Source of the DNA: Lama guanicoe
Taxonomy: Eukaryota
Direction of reading: 5' to 3'
Assembly (NCBI GenBank): GCA_013239625.1
Contig: MU055785.1
Location: 7,130,001 to 7,194,000, forward strand
Length of the DNA stretch: 64,000 nt
In this document: one piece after another, positions 48,331 to 62,574 of the stretch
Layout: each line of letters starts with the position of its first letter
Position numbering within the stretch: position 1 is the first letter of the stretch
Notes under the pieces: model-generated
Databases searched by the model: none
Told to the model about the DNA's origin: nothing
What the model saw: the letters and a program-made list of their open reading frames with translations, nothing else
Position numbers and translations under genes: made by a program

Positions 48331-51300
48331 CCGAGGGCCCAGGCATCTCAGACAACACATCTCAGAGGCCTCCACCCTCATCTCTGTTGCCTCAACCTTA
48401 GTTCTTTTCAGTTCCCTTTCCTCAGTGGGAAGTTGCCCAGAATGGGGTCTGGTCCCTGGGGAATCAGGAGTTGATGACTCGGGTGCTTGAGTTTCATACC
48501 AGCATTCCCGTCATCCCTTACACATATGCTCCTCTGTTTCCAAACCTTCTGAAATTGTCCTTGAACCAGCAGCTCCAAACTGCGGCACCCTAGAGCTTTC
48601 CAGGACGTAGGTCTGCGAGCTTTGCACACACTGTCAGACCTCAGCTGACAAAGGCTTATCAAAAAAGGCTTTGAAAGAAAGTTGCTTTATTGTTTCTTGT
48701 GTTAATGCAAGTAATATAAATCCACAGCAACAAGTTAATAAAACCAGAAAATTCAGAGAAGTATAAAGATCACTCATAAAGCTACAATCAAATACACTTA
48801 CTGAAAACATTTAGTCTTCCTGAGACCAACCATTACAAAATGAAATGAAAGAAAACATACTAAGTACACGAACAAGAAAAAAATGTCTAGGAGTAATATG
48901 ACAAAACACATAGAAGAGCAATGCAGCGATAAACTAGAAAACTTAGTTACAGGCATGAAAGAAGAGTAAAAGCAATGGAAAGAAGCTCCAAGTTTATGGA
49001 TTGGGATTCTCAATATTACATCGACGCCATGTTTCCTGGACTAACTTATGGAATTCTAATCAAATGCCTCCTGTATTTGGGTGACGTTAATGTAGAAATA
49101 GTATATTAGTATTATATAAACAGAGAATGATGTTAGTATAATATTAACATAGAAATAAAAAGAGCCATGAGAAGACATTGATTTTTGATAAAAAGAGAAC
49201 AGAGTTTTCTACAAGAAATTAAGAATACCAGGCTAGAGTAATTAGTCAAGGTTCTATAAACTCAAGGATACCAAAATTCACCAATGGATGAGAACATAGT
49301 CCAGAAACAGACTCACAACTAGGCAGTCTCTGGACAGATGTCACAGGTGGCCTCGCAGAGTGGTGGGGTCAGGATGGTCCCTTCAACAAATGCTGCTGGG
49401 ATATCTGGGCATCCAGGTAGAAGTGGTGCTGGGTCCCTACCTCACACCGTATAAAATGAGATGCATTTTGTGGCCTGTGTTTTATTTGTGTCGTATTTGT
49501 ATAATCTCTGCCAAATCTAATGTCATGAACTTTCTGTCTGTTTTCTTCTAGGAGTGTTACAGTTTCAACTCTTATGCTTAAGACTTTATCCATTCTGAGC
49601 TGATATTTGTGTATGTTATAGGAAACAGGTCCAATTTTATTCTTTTGTGTGTGGCATTCCAGTTTTCCTAGCTTGACTGTCAGAGAGACTGTCCTTCCCC
49701 CTTTGTGTATTCTTGACAAACTCACCAAAGATTAGTTGACTGTGTATGCAAAGCACTGGTAATAAAACAAAAATAGACAAGTAGAACTACATCCAACTAA
49801 AAAAGTTCCTACACAGGAAATTAAAAAAAAAAAACAAACACCCAATGAAGTAGAAAAGCAGCCAATGCAAAGGGAGAACATATTTTCAAACCATATATCC
49901 AGTAAGGGGTTGATTCGCAAAATAATAAGGAGCTTGGGAACCTGATAGCAAAAAAGCAAAATCTTGATGAATAATCGGCTAAAGTCTTGAAAAGTTACTT
50001 CTCCAAAGAAGGTTTGCAGATGCCAGTAGGCATATGAAAAAGATGCTCAGCATTACTGAGGGAAATGGAAATCCAGATCATAGGGGATCACTTTTACCTG
50101 TGAGCATAGCTACTAGATACATATGTGTGTGTGTTGATATAGACCCATGTGTGGGTGAGGATGCGGAGGAACTGGAACTCTGTCCACTGTCGGTGGGAAT
50201 GCAAAACGGTGCAGCTACTCTGGGAACAGAATGGGAGTCCCCCCCTCCCAGATTAAAAATAGTACCACCACATGATCTATGTGGCTTTTCAATTAAGCAT
50301 TTGAGTATTTACTCATTCAGTTAATGGACTAATGACTGTAGCATCGTTTATAATGATAACACACTCTCAGAAAACAACGCAAGTGGATCACTCAGATTGT
50401 AATATACAGTCCGGCCTCACGTGTGATTCCAATATTTTCCTCTCAGCGTGGAGGGATAGCTGTGATAAATGGGGACCAGGCATGTAACACAACCCCACAG
50501 GGAGCAGAATCCCATTTTTAGAAAAACTCCACAGAGACAGGGAAATAGGCAGAGTCAGAGAAAAGCCTGGAGAGTCAAGTCCCAAACTGTAACAGGTGGG
50601 AGGGAGAGACTACAGGACTCTTAGTCTTTTTTTTTCTCAGTGACACTTATTGTGTTGACGTTAAAGACAATATCTCAATATGACCCTCACAGATTTGTAG
50701 AAGCAGGAGACAGCCTGCCACGCAGGGCCACGTGGGAAGCACCAGGGTCTTTCATGAGGCAGACGGATCTGGAAGGAGGCACAGCCAAGAGCTTTTATGG
50801 GGACCTTTCCCGGGGCCAGGCCAGGCCAGGCAGGGAAGGCAGTCTTTGGCTGGGCCTGTGTGACTCAGCTATGTGGGCTCTGGAGAGTGGGGGTCTTCCT
50901 CAGGTGTCTGGTCCTGGGGTGAGCGGGGCAGGTGGCACAGTGGCCCAGAGTGGCTCTGAGTCTGGGCTGTGGGTCAGATTGGAATTGCTGAACAGGTGTC
51001 CCTAGGAAAGGCAAGCTCTCTGGGGAGCTGGGTGCTGTGTCTAGGAAGTAAGGGGCCCCAGGAGGGCGGTCTGTCCAGGATCAGCAAGGCCCCAGGTGCC
51101 AAAGCGTCAGAAAATACAAAAAGAGAAAGGCTTGATGAGGACAGCAGGACCGCCCAGGAGGAGCTGTGAGGTTGGAGACGGGGCGGAGAGAGGCGGAGGT
51201 GGTGGCCTCTTCTAGGAGCCGCCTGGTCGCAGTGACATTGACTGAGAAGAGGTGATGAACTGAGATGACCAGGGTGGGCCTCAGTCCTTTATCACAGCCT

Positions 51301-52355
51301 GGATTTGCGGAACAGCCCACAGCTACCTTGACGGTGGCGGCAGAAGGGCTTGGGTCGGTCTGGGTAACTCCAAGAAGCAGATGCCGGTGGAGAGTTAAAT
51401 GTCGGGGATTTTGACAGGGAGAAACGCCCACGTGAGAGATACTGGGCAGGGCTCTGGGAGAGGCTGGGAAAGCTGACAGCCCCGATCCAGTCTGACTCTG
51501 GGTGAAGGAAAGATGGAAGGACTGTGGTTTGCAGTCTCGAGAAGATCCCGCGAGGCCAGTGGGGCGCCCTGGGGCCAAGGTCACTCATCAGAGGGCCTGT
51601 GTCTTGCAGGGAGGGGGCTGCCTTCGTATCCCTGCCACCCCCGGTCACTGGCTGGGAGCTGCCGGTAGGCAGTAAACGTGCAGGCGGATCTGAGAGGGAG
51701 CAGCTGGGGCCCTCAGCTGATTACACTCCCTCTAGTTGGGGCTCTGCTGGATCCCTTCTCATGGTCACCAGAGAGGGAAGCATAGAAATTCCACGACTGA
51801 AGATTCATGAAGACCACACTACGGCGATTAGGAGCATGAGCTTCAGAGTGAGAAGGACCAGGGTTCAAGTTGAGGCTCTTGTCTCTCACTAGCCAGGAGA
51901 TCCTGAGCGAGTGCCCACATGTCAATTTCTTATTATGAGAATAAGAACAAAACCCATCTCCCAGAGGTGCTGGAGGACTCAAAGGAGGAACAGTGAGATG
52001 GACAAGCCAAGGACTGTTCTCCAGCCACCCCGGTGCTAAGAACGTGCTTGGTTCTTGGCTGGGTACTTATGGGAGTTTTTAAAGGATAGGCTTGTAAATG
52101 GGATGCTGTTTTTTTCGTACGGAGACAGTGTGACAGAGTGACAATGTGAACTGGTAAGCCCATTGTCTAATCCAGTGATTCACCTTCTAGGGCAGAACAT
52201 CATATCAGGCAAACCAAAGGTGTAATGTGACATTTTCTAGTAACTCCTTTAAAAGAGTAGAAAGACACAGGAGAAATTGACTTTAACACAAAGTTTCTCG
52301 AAGTTGTTACTATAACGCACGATCAGTATCAGCTCACATTAAAAATCAGGAGGAC

Positions 52356-52512
52356 TCACTGCACTTTCCAGGCGCTGACAGGAGACCCATTCCATTCCCT
52401 AAAGCATGGATACCCCAGGCAGACTGCCGCCTCTTGGGCCAGTAGCTGCCAGCTGCTTGGGTCTCTACCAGCCACGTTTCCAGTAGGGTCAGCCGGGTCC
52501 AGAATCACAGGC
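52356..52512 (-). CDS. OAS1: OAS1 copy A exon 5 (probable last coding exon)
   Basis: [51 protein letters not shown]. Confidence 0.85.
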
Positions 52513-55056
52513 CTGAAGAGTAACAGTTAGAGAGGGCCAAGTGAGGTCTTGGGGTGTCTCTGGGAGGCCAGAGATCCAGGCAGAGCAAAGACCCAACCTT
52601 GCGCAGGCTGGGACCCAGGCAGCAGGAGGGGCCCCGCAGGGCTTGGCTCCCAGGGCTGTGTCCCGAGTGCCTGCCCTATGCTGGGTATTGATCACAAGGA
52701 GAAAGAGCTTTTCTTTTGAGTCTTCATGGACCTGGGTTTGACTCTCACCTCTGCCCTTTCTTAGTGCTGTGACCTCGGGCAGTTAACTTGAATCTCTCAT
52801 CCTCAGTGTCCTCATTCGTGAAATGGGGAGATGTAAGCAACCTGCCTCAAAGGTGGTCATAGGAGGAGCTAGACGAGCATGCGAAATGCTCAGCACAGTG
52901 ACTGGAACGTAACAGAAGGTCAATACCTCTCAGTGTTAATAACCCACATTTTACTCTTCTGTTACAGTGTGTTAGTCTTACAGCAAGCTCGTACTTCTCC
53001 AAACCTCAGTCATCTGTAAAATGGTTAGCATGGTGCCTGCCTCGCAGGGATCAAGGTGATTATTTAAATCAGATGGTAGGAGTCACGTGCCCAGCACAGT
53101 GATTAGTAATTGATGATGACCAATAAATGGGGAGCCCTCCCACTCCCTGCATTTCCAAGGTGCCACCGCTGTGGGCAGGGGTTCATTTATGTGGGGGGCT
53201 CAGCCATGCGGGGACACAGTACCTGGGTTTCCCGAGCTGCTTCTTCAGGTAATTTCCAATAATAGGGGTTTCAAAGCTGTAATACTTTTCCCAGTAGATA
53301 CAAAGGTCCTGATGCTTCCGGACTAATTCCAAGACTGTCCGAAATCCCTGAGCCATGTTGAATTCTGGGCTCCGGCTTCCTCGCTCCCATGCGTAGACTG
53401 TCAGGAGCTCCAGGGCATACTGCGGGGGCAGTGCCTGTTTCTTCCCATTCCTGCTCTTACACTGAGAAGGGGAAAAAAAAATTAGAAAAATGTGTTTGTT
53501 CAGCATTTTTAAAAGAAGAATTAATGCCTGTTTTTCTCCAACTATTTCACAAAACTGAGGATTAAGAAATGATTCCAAACTCATTCTATGAGGAGAACAT
53601 TACCCTGATACCAAAACCAAAGGTACTACAAAAAAAGAAAATTATCAGCCTGATGATCATAGATGTAAAAACCCTCCACAAAACATTAGCAAAGCAAATT
53701 TAACAATATGTTGAAAGATCATACACCGTCACGAAGTTGGATTGATTCCAGAGATTCATGGATGGTTCAATATCCACGGATCAATCAATGTGATATATTG
53801 CATTAACAAAACCAAGGGTAAAAATCATATGATTGTCTCTACAGATATAGGAAAAATAGTTGAGAAAATTCAACATCCACTTCTAGTACAAAAATCTCAA
53901 CAAGATGGCTATAGAGGAAGCATAGCTCAACACAGTATACGCCATATATGACCAACCCATAGCTAACATCATACTCAATGGTAAATAGCTAAAAGCGTTT
54001 CCTTTAAGATCAAGAACAAGACAGATATAACCACTCTCCCCATACTTATTCCAAAGAGTATTAGACATGCTACCATAGCAATCAGACATAGATACACAAA
54101 ATGCATCCAAATTTAAAAGGAAGTATTTGAACTATTGCTATTTGCAGATGACTAGAGACTATACGTAGAAAACCCTAAAGAGCCACCAAAAATCTTTTAG
54201 AATGACACACTGAATACAGGAATATTACAGGATACAAAAAAATATACAGAAACCTATTGCATTTCTATACATGAATGACAAACTATCAGCAAGAGAAATC
54301 TGAAAACAATCTCATTTACAGTTGCATCAAAATGAATCAAAAAAAAGAACCCGAGGAGTAAATTGAACCACAGAAGTGAAAGGCCTGCACTCTGAAGTGT
54401 TTAAGACGTTAATGAGAGAAACTGAGGAAGATACAAATAAATGGAAAGGTGCACCAGACTCTTGGGTTCCAGGAATTAATACAGTTAAGACGTGCATAGC
54501 GCCCCAAACAATCTACACAGGGGTCACCATGGTATGTGGTTTACTGCTGCCGTAGCATGTTACTTTTTGCAAGTGAGAAAACAGGAAGCACAAGCGGTGA
54601 AGTCACTTGCCTAAACTGAGACAGCTAGGAAGTTGGCAGAAGGATGTGGGCGTGGGGTGGGGTTTCCATTCAATTTATTGAACAATTACTTCCTGAGGAC
54701 CTATTATGTGCCAGGCACCCTTGTAGGTTCTGAGGAAACAGCAGTGAATAAAATATCCAAATTCCTTCTTTTATGGACATTTTTTTTTTTTTGTGGGGGA
54801 CAGACAATAAAGAAACAAGCTCATGCAAAGGCCCTGAGGCTGAAGCAGAACTTCCCTTTTGGAGAAACAATAAGGGGGATGGCACAGTGTCGGGGAATGG
54901 TGAAGGGGCAGAGATGGGGGTTCAGAGAGGTCAAAGGCAGATCCTGTGGGCCTTCCAAGTGACTTGGGCCAGGGTGGCAGTGATAGAGGTGGTGACAGTT
55001 GGTGACAGTGGATGTATTTTAGATACAGGACGAAGTCATTTGTTGACTGGTTGGAT

Positions 55057-55094
<38 letters not shown>

Positions 55095-58000
55095 TAAGAC
55101 ATACCCATGGGTTTTGTCCAGAGGAACTGGAAACATGGGGTTGTCATTTCCTGATACAGGATGACCAGGAGGAATGAGATACCTGGACACACCCATCCCT
55201 GTCCCAGGCCCTACCCTTCTCCCTTCCTTTTACCCTCCTCCACACAACCTCAGCCCCTCTGCCTTCCTGTCCCTTCTGTCCTCTCCCTCCTTGACCACTG
55301 TCCTCTCCCATCCTTCCTTTTTCCCTCCACTCCATTCCTCTCTGTCCATCTCCTTCCTACCTCCGAATCCTTTCCCTTTCCTCTCCTCCTTCCCCTCCTC
55401 CTCACCTTTCCCCTCCCCTCCCTTCTTCCGCTTCCCCCTGCCTCATCCCTGCTGCCTCCCAACACCTGTCCCTCCCCTCCCCTCCCTCCTGCTCCTGTCC
55501 TCACTCTTGTCCTGCTCTCTGTCCTCCTCCTCCTCTCTCCCTGTCTGGATAGGGCGGCCGTACCTCCTGGTACCAGTGCTTCACCAGGCGGATGAGGCTC
55601 TTCAGCTTGGTTGGACGGTCCCTCAGGAAGGCTCGCTGCAGCTCTGTGAAGCAGGGGGAGAACTCGCCCTCTTTCCCCAGGGACTCACACTCTTTAATGA
55701 GCTGAATGTAGACTTTAGGGTCGGGTCTGTAGCCTCTGGTCAACTGACCTGTTGGGAATGAATCCATAATGTGAAGATGTCAGCTTTGCTTGGAGGATCT
55801 TTCAGCCACCCCGGGGAGACAAGTTCACAGGCCCCGGGGTGCAGGGGAAAGGTCAGCAGGCCCAGAGCCAGGAGGCCTGAGGTCGACCCCCAGTCCTCCC
55901 TTCTCCCATCCCCATTGCTGTCACACTGACTGAGCCACCATCCTTCCTCACCTGGACACAGCAGAGATGGCAGCAGCCTCCTTTCTGGGTCTTCCACAGC
56001 CCATTCTCTTCCCAGCCCCCACAGAGGCCTCTCAAACTCTGATCATTCCACTTCTTGCTTCCCAGGTCATCTGAATACAATCCCAAGTCCTCACAGTAGC
56101 CTAGAGGTTTGGTGTGATCTGTCTCCTGCCACCTCCCGCCTCACCTCCTGTCTTCACCCCTTTGCCACTTACTCCTCTGGTTATTTCACGTTCTCAAATA
56201 TACCAAGTTCACTTCTGTCTCAGGGCCTTGCACTTGCTGTTTCCTCATCCTGGAACCCCTAGATCTTCCCATGGTTGGCTTCTTCTCATCCCTCAGGCCT
56301 TGGGTCAGATGTCTCTTTCCTTGTCACCCCATCTAAAAAAGTCGTCCAAGCCCCCACTGCTCTCTGTTGGATCCCTATGTTTAGCTTTCGTCACAGCAAG
56401 TTATCACTTATGGTGTTTACATTATTATTAGGCTCCAGGAGAAAGTTTCCTTGTCTGTCTCAATCATGGCCATAGAACGATGCCTCGCACATTGACTGCA
56501 CTTACTGGAAATTGAGTCTCAGACATGGATTACTTCCTGTCCAAATGTTCCTGCACATTATCTATCGATTCCAACCTTCAGCATATGTTTGATGAGGTTT
56601 TCTCATGTTTTGGATAAAATATGAAATTAACATATTGAGTTTACATCAGATCTAGGCTGCCTGATTCTTTTGGATTTATCTGTTCTTTTTTTAAATTGAA
56701 GTATAGTTTATTTACAATGTTGTGTTAGTTTCAGGTGTATAGCAGATTCAGTTATATATAAATATTCAATATTACAAGATATTGAATATGGTTCCCCGTG
56801 CTATTCAGTAAATCCTTGTTAGTCATCTGTTTTATATGCAGTAGGCTGCATCTGTTGCTGCCTCAGTTTTAGAAGATAAGATTCACACACTTTGCCATAA
56901 GTAGAACTAGTGAGCCTGGCAGGGTTTCTATAAGAAATGTCTCGCCCCAAACTGTACCAATTTGTTGTTTAATGTCGCTGTGGTGGCTGAGAAGGACCCT
57001 AGTCATTCTTGCCCTGGGACAGATGCTAAGATCTCCCCCACCATGCTGCAGGGATGCCCTGTTTCAACAGACTCTTGAACGGAGGCAGATTTCTGCTCAG
57101 AAACATGAAAAGAGGGAGAAGGAAGCCCCGACACAGGACAAAAGCTGAAACCCCTTATGGCCGGGAACACTCACCCAGGGCATCAAAGGCGGGCAGTACA
57201 TCGAACTCCACCCACTGGTCCAGCTGGGGGGATGTTAGCACAAAGCTGAGAGCTCGGGGATTCGCCCATTGCGAATTGTGGATCTCAAATTTCACTTTAA
57301 ATCGTTTCTCTCTGTGACAGGCTTCCAGCTGTCTCCTAATTTCCAAGATGAATTCTCCTCGGTGCAGAAGCTGCTCCTCAAAGCTTTTGAGATTGGTGAG
57401 GAAGACGACGAGGTCAGCATCTGACCGGCCTCTGAGGGTGGTGCCTTTGCCTGAGGAGCCTCCCTAAAACAGGTGATGAGAACGAGGACTAACATTTATT
57501 ACCGAGAAGAGCCTCCCTATGTAAAATGCTGAGAACAATCACTAACAGTTTTGAGTGCTAGCCACTGTTCTGAGGGCACTACCAGTCTTAACTCCTAGAA
57601 TGCTCACAGGGACTCTGTGATTTACCTACTATTACTCTTTGTTCCCATTTTACAGGTGGGAAAACAGATGCGGAGAGAGATTGTGTGTCAGCCCAACCAC
57701 ACAGCTAGTGGGTGGCAGAGATGCAATTCGCAAACTGGTTGCCTTTTTCGAGGGTCTGTGTTCTGTACCCCCTGTCCTTTTGATCCCATATTATTAATAC
57801 TATAGACTGGCCCATGCTGGGTGGGTGACATGCTATATTTTACTTAATCTGCAAGCCCTGTAAGCTACTGGGAATTGTGGCTGAGGAAACTGAGGCACAG
57901 AGAGGTTAAGTGAGTTGCTCGAGTTTTCACAGCCAGTAGGTGCTATCTGCTTCCAAAACTTTCAACAGCTCGGGACTCTGCAGAAATGGTGAGTCCCCAG

Positions 58001-58467
58001 CCTGGCCATTGATCAGCAGATGGTTGGCAGAGCCGGGCTTCGGGTTTCCTATGTCGGAAATGGACGGGACATAGGTGGTTGACAAGCTTCACCTGGGCAG
58101 TTGGTAAACACTTACAGGTGGAGGACCTCCCCCCAGGAGCTGTCTTCACGAGCTGTGGTTACATCTCTGGCCCAGATAAATCAGAAACCTCAGCCCCGGA
58201 GAACTCAACCTTTTGCTCTCTCTGTCTGTCTCTATGGAAATGCCTACTGGTTCAGCCACCTTGTCCCCGGCCGGGCAGTCCCGGGCTCACCTTCACCACT
58301 TTGGACACCCGCACAGGGTGTGCGGCCCCTCGGAAGCACCTCTCCTTCAGGAAAGAGCAGATGATGTCGACGGCTTCTCTGACCTGGGTGCGGAAAGGGC
58401 TGTCTGGCAGGAGGTTGTCTTCGATGAACTTGTCCAGTTGATTGGCTCGGGTATCTCTGAGCGCCAT
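52356..58467 (-). CDS. OAS1: 2'-5'-oligoadenylate synthetase 1, copy A (predicted 348 aa, no CaaX)
   Basis: Exons 58467-58291, 57463-57175, 55748-55564, 53461-53223 and 52512-52356, in frame with catalytic motifs intact. Exon 5 ends ...SAWKVQ followed directly by TGA (CAG-TGAGT in place of CAG|GTGAGT). Confidence 0.88.
53223..53461 (-). CDS. OAS1: OAS1 copy A exon 4
   Basis: [34 protein letters not shown]...QLGKPR, 239 nt. Confidence 0.92.
53520..54520 (+). mobile_element. LINE-1 ORF2 (RT region) fragment in OAS1-A intron 3
   Basis: Degenerate L1 ORF2 ([35 protein letters not shown]; tttgcagatgac = FADD motif). Confidence 0.85.
55059..55090. repeat. (GT)n microsatellite
   Basis: Uninterrupted gt run. 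Confidence 0.95.
55564..55748 (-). CDS. OAS1: OAS1 copy A exon 3
   Basis: Same translation as copy B exon 3. Confidence 0.92.
57175..57463 (-). CDS. OAS1: OAS1 copy A exon 2
   Basis: GGSSGKGT...DADL...[16 protein letters not shown]. Confidence 0.92.
58291..58467 (-). CDS. OAS1: OAS1 copy A exon 1
   Basis: Same translation as copy B exon 1. Confidence 0.92.
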
Positions 58468-58563
58468 CACGATGCTCCTTGCAGGAGAGCCAGCGCAGGC
58501 AGAGCGGGCTGGCAAAGCCTCTTAGCCTCCGTCTCTCCTGCTGCCGGGGACTGGGCTGCTGCT

Positions 58564-58575
58564 AGTTTTGTTTCC
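58564..58575. promoter_or_regulatory. Single degenerate ISRE of the OAS1-A promoter
   Basis: AGTTTTGTTTCC, a C>T change relative to AGTTTCGTTTCC in copy B. Confidence 0.65.
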
Positions 58576-59594
58576 TTGGAAGGGAGGAGCCAAACCCTTG
58601 TTCTCTGCCTTTTAGCCAGTCAACCACCCCTTTGATCTTGATGTGTGTCTCCCAGCTTCTCCCTCAGTTTTCTGAGACTTTGCCTTTAACCAGCAGCTAG
58701 AATATCTGGCCTTTCTCGGAGTGTTCTAACAATTTTGCTTTTTAACCAAGATTAGTACCTCATCGAAAAGAAATCAAGTAAAAACATCTTTTGGTTTCCT
58801 TTGTCTTTTTTGTTGTCTAAAAAATTGTTTTATAGTCTCCGATGATCTTTACAGCTGTGCATGCATATCCCAAGCCAAAAATATCAGAAAAATCAGGAAG
58901 CTTAAAGACCACTCATGACCCTACAACCTAAACCTAAAACCTCGGCGACTATAAGTATAAACATTTTGGTGTAGATGTTTTCAGATATTATTCCTAGGTT
59001 ATCACACACACACACACACACAAACTCTTACAGTGTGTCTCATTTTAAAATGAGATTGTGCTATGCATTTCCCCCTTTTGATCACAGACTGTATTTCCTG
59101 ATGCAGTTTTGGGTTTATGGAAAGATGGAATTGTGGTACAGAGTTCATTCATGTCCCCTCTCATTCCATCCATAATTTCCGCTATTACTAATGTTGGTGT
59201 GGTACATTCACTGCAAGATGAGTTGATAGTGATATGTTATTAGTAATTAAAGTCCATAGTTTACACTAGGGTTCAGTCTGTTTTGGACATTTTATGGGAC
59301 TGCCAAATCGTAACATCTCATCTCCACTAATTATGAAATCACTGCAGAATATTCTCATCTCTTGCTCCACCTGGTCATCCCTCTCTGAGTTTAGTTTTTC
59401 TCTTCTCATGTATGCATTCAGTGCTAAAAATATTCCTTTAAGCACTGTTTTCCCTGAGTGTGAAAAATTTAATTGGTGATTTTTTTTTCCTTTTCCGTGA
59501 GTGCAAAATATTTTTTCAGTGTCCCTTGAGACTTTTGGATCCATGTGTTAGTTAGAAGCGTGTTATTTAATCTCCAAGGATTTTGGAATTTTCA

Positions 59595-59740
59595 GGGGGA
59601 GGGTGGTATAGCTCAGTGGTACAGTGCATGCTTAGTATGCACAGAGTCCTGGGTTCAATTCCCAGTGCTTCCATTAAAATAAATAAAAACCTAATTACCT
59701 CCCCCCAGAAGAATACAAAATAAACATAATTAAAAAAAGA
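59595..59740 (+). mobile_element. tRNA-derived SINE (camelid Vic-1-like)
   Basis: ggggagggtggtatagctcagtggtacag..gttcaattccc; flanked by a duplicated gattttggaatttt. Confidence 0.8.
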
Positions 59741-62574
59741 TTTTGGAATTTTCCAGGTATCTTTTTAAAAAATTGATTTTTTGTTTAATTCCATTGTGGT
59801 AGACAGCAAAAATTGTGTGCTATCTGTTGTTTTTGCCTTTGTTAATGTGTGTTTTCTGGCCCAGAATATGCTCTATGTTGGTGAACATAGTTCCCATGTG
59901 GACTTGAGGAGAATGTGTATTTAGCTCTTGTTGGGTGAAATAGTCTATCAGTGTCCAACTGGCTCTCTTTCTGAATCACCCTTGTCTTAACCAGCTTGTC
60001 AGTTAACTGACACTCACACTCCTTCTGTATAACATATTGACGTATGCCTGAGGCATTTGGAACCATGAAGGGGGGGGTGTCCGTTTATGTGACACTGTGC
60101 ATACAGTTGGATTATAAGTATATCCAAGCTTCTGTTTGCTCTCAAATGTCTTTTGGGCAATTGTACTTGTTAATGAAATATATACTTCCAACAAAATATG
60201 TGTGAACAAATCCCACATGAGTGTGAAAGAGATCTGTCCTTAGAAAAACCACACTGAATTCTTTGGAAAGATGTGATCAAGGCAAGTTCCATGAAACATT
60301 GCATAGAATTAGGTATGTGTGAGACAACTGGAAAAGATTGAGGGCATCATTGGGAAAATGCCGAATCATGCCCTCATGCCTTTGCAGGTGGTTCTAACTT
60401 CTTGCTCCCGTTACAGAAACAGGGACAGGAAATTATAGGCGGCTCATTCTTGTGTGTTTTATGCAAGACAGAGAATGCAGGACTCCAGTCAGGGGGCCCT
60501 CAGCAGAGAGGTCTAGGTCTTCTTTGATCAACTGGGAAATGAAAGTTTGTGTTTGGGCCCTGTCAGCCAAGTTAGAGAATCATGGTGCTCGGACATCCTG
60601 CCTACAGAGCTGAAGGCCCACGGGAGGAAGGGACTTTCTCAAAGGCACACAGCAAGTTTGGGCCAGAGCCAAGCAAAATCTACCTGTTATGTGTACGCAC
60701 AGCACTTTGTGTTTCCATGGTGTGTGGATTATTAATTAACCCCATCAGGCCCATGCAGATCTGACTGAGCGGAGGCGGGGCCAGCCCAGCAGATGTCAGA
60801 GCCCTGAGGGTTTAGTCCACTTGGCTGTGTGCACTACTTTCAAGGACCCACCAGCCCCTTGACCTTCCCCCTTCCCAGCCTCACCTTTGTCAGCCCCTAG
60901 GCGAGACCAGACCTTGGCCACTTGGTGTCATCTCTTTGAAGTATTTATTATTGTTCCCATTTTCTAGATGAGGAAACTGAGACTCAGGAAGGTTAGATTC
61001 CTCAGAAGTGACGGTCAGGATTTGAATATTGCACTGAGTGGATTAAAAAGCTGGTGTGTTTTTCTGGTCAAGTGCTTTCTACCACACCAGGTTGCCTCTT
61101 GCAACGTGTTTGATTTCCATGGGACAAAATAATAATAATAATAATTAGCCAAGTCAGGTGGACCGATATTTATGAAGTTTTCCCTTGTGTGTATTCATCT
61201 CAGCCTGTTCAGCGTGTCCCCACGCCTAGGGAAGGAGATCAACCACTGTAGAGATGGAAATTAGGCTTCTTGTCGGCCGCCCATGACTGACTGGTGGTAG
61301 CTGCTGTGTGCAGAATGCTGTGTTGAGAAGGATGCAGATGTTGCTAGTGGGTTCGGTGGGAAAGCTGCCACGCTGATTAGTTATCTGCCATGAACACAGG
61401 GAGAGTGGGGCGACGTGTCTCTTGCCAGTCTCGAGAGGCCTGCGTGTTTCTAATCAGCGCCTCTCCTCACTTGGTGGCAGCCAGCTGAATTGCAGGAAAA
61501 AAGGTTGGACTTCTAGAGCAGCGGTTTGCATAGTCATGATGGAGGTGTGAAGCAGAAGCCAACACTCAGGAAATAGTTTTAAATATACCTCTCGTCCCCA
61601 GGGTGCAACACAATCCAAAGGAGGCAGGGTGGTGGTGCAGGGGGCAGAGAGACATGGGTAGTTTGAAAAAAAAAATCTCCCTAGGTGACTCCCATATGTC
61701 AACTTCTGCCCCCAACATTGAGAACCACCCTTCTTGGGGTGAGAAAAGGAGATTGTCTCAAACTTGGCATGGAAGAGCAACTTCCACTGGATGGAATTGT
61801 CAGCTCCTTCTGAGAAGTAACCAAACTTCTCGAGGAATTGCTTAAGCACTTTTGGCTTAAGCCAAAAATCTCACTTGTAGTGAGATTTGGAATCCTTCTG
61901 GGAAGTCAGTTAACCTACTCAGCTCACCTTCAGGAGAATCTCAAGCAAGGGGCCATCTGTGAAAAGACTCACTGCAGGATGGAAAGTTGGAACGAGCTAG
62001 AGTACAAAGGAGGTGTTTGATGATCGCTTTCTTATTATCAAAGCGTTAAGAGCACTATATGGGGTCCAACGATCCAGCTCCTTTCCTGGCATTGCTGCCA
62101 TGAGACGTTGGATGTGTCATCACCTTCTTTGGGCTTTGGGTCATTTCTCTGTCAGGTAAGTGTGTTGATTGAACTAGTCCATGGCTCAACGCTATGGTCT
62201 CTTTCAGCCCTGAAATTATCTGATTCCACAGCCACTAGGGACTTTTAGGGCAAAGCGGACTTTCACCCCAAGGCTGGAGTAGAGGGGAGGAGGTGAGGAT
62301 GCCGCCTTCTGATTGGGTGGACACCAGCCAAAACCATTCTTCCAGGAGGATGTGAGGTCAGCCAAATTGGCTTGAGCCGCCCTGCCCAAGATGAAACCCA
62401 CCAGAAAGCAAACTTCACAGGGGCAGGGACCACATCTGCCTTGTTCACCACCGTATCCCCAGTGGCTAGAACACAGTAGACGCCCATTAAATACTGACTA
62501 TCCAAGGAACGTCATGTATCCTAGGTGGGGAGAAAGAACTGCCAGAAAGCAGAAAGGAAAAACCCAGGACACCC

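Noticed and set aside
51081-51241. Candidate acceptor (ctcttctcag| at 51241) as exon 6 of OAS1-A
   Set aside because: No frame resembles the OAS1 CaaX exon or ends in CaaX, and it runs into LTR-like sequence; unsupported without transcripts.
55161-55761. Long Pro/Ser/Leu-rich plus-strand ORFs
   Set aside because: They arise from a polypyrimidine low-complexity tract plus the antisense strand of OAS1 exon 3.
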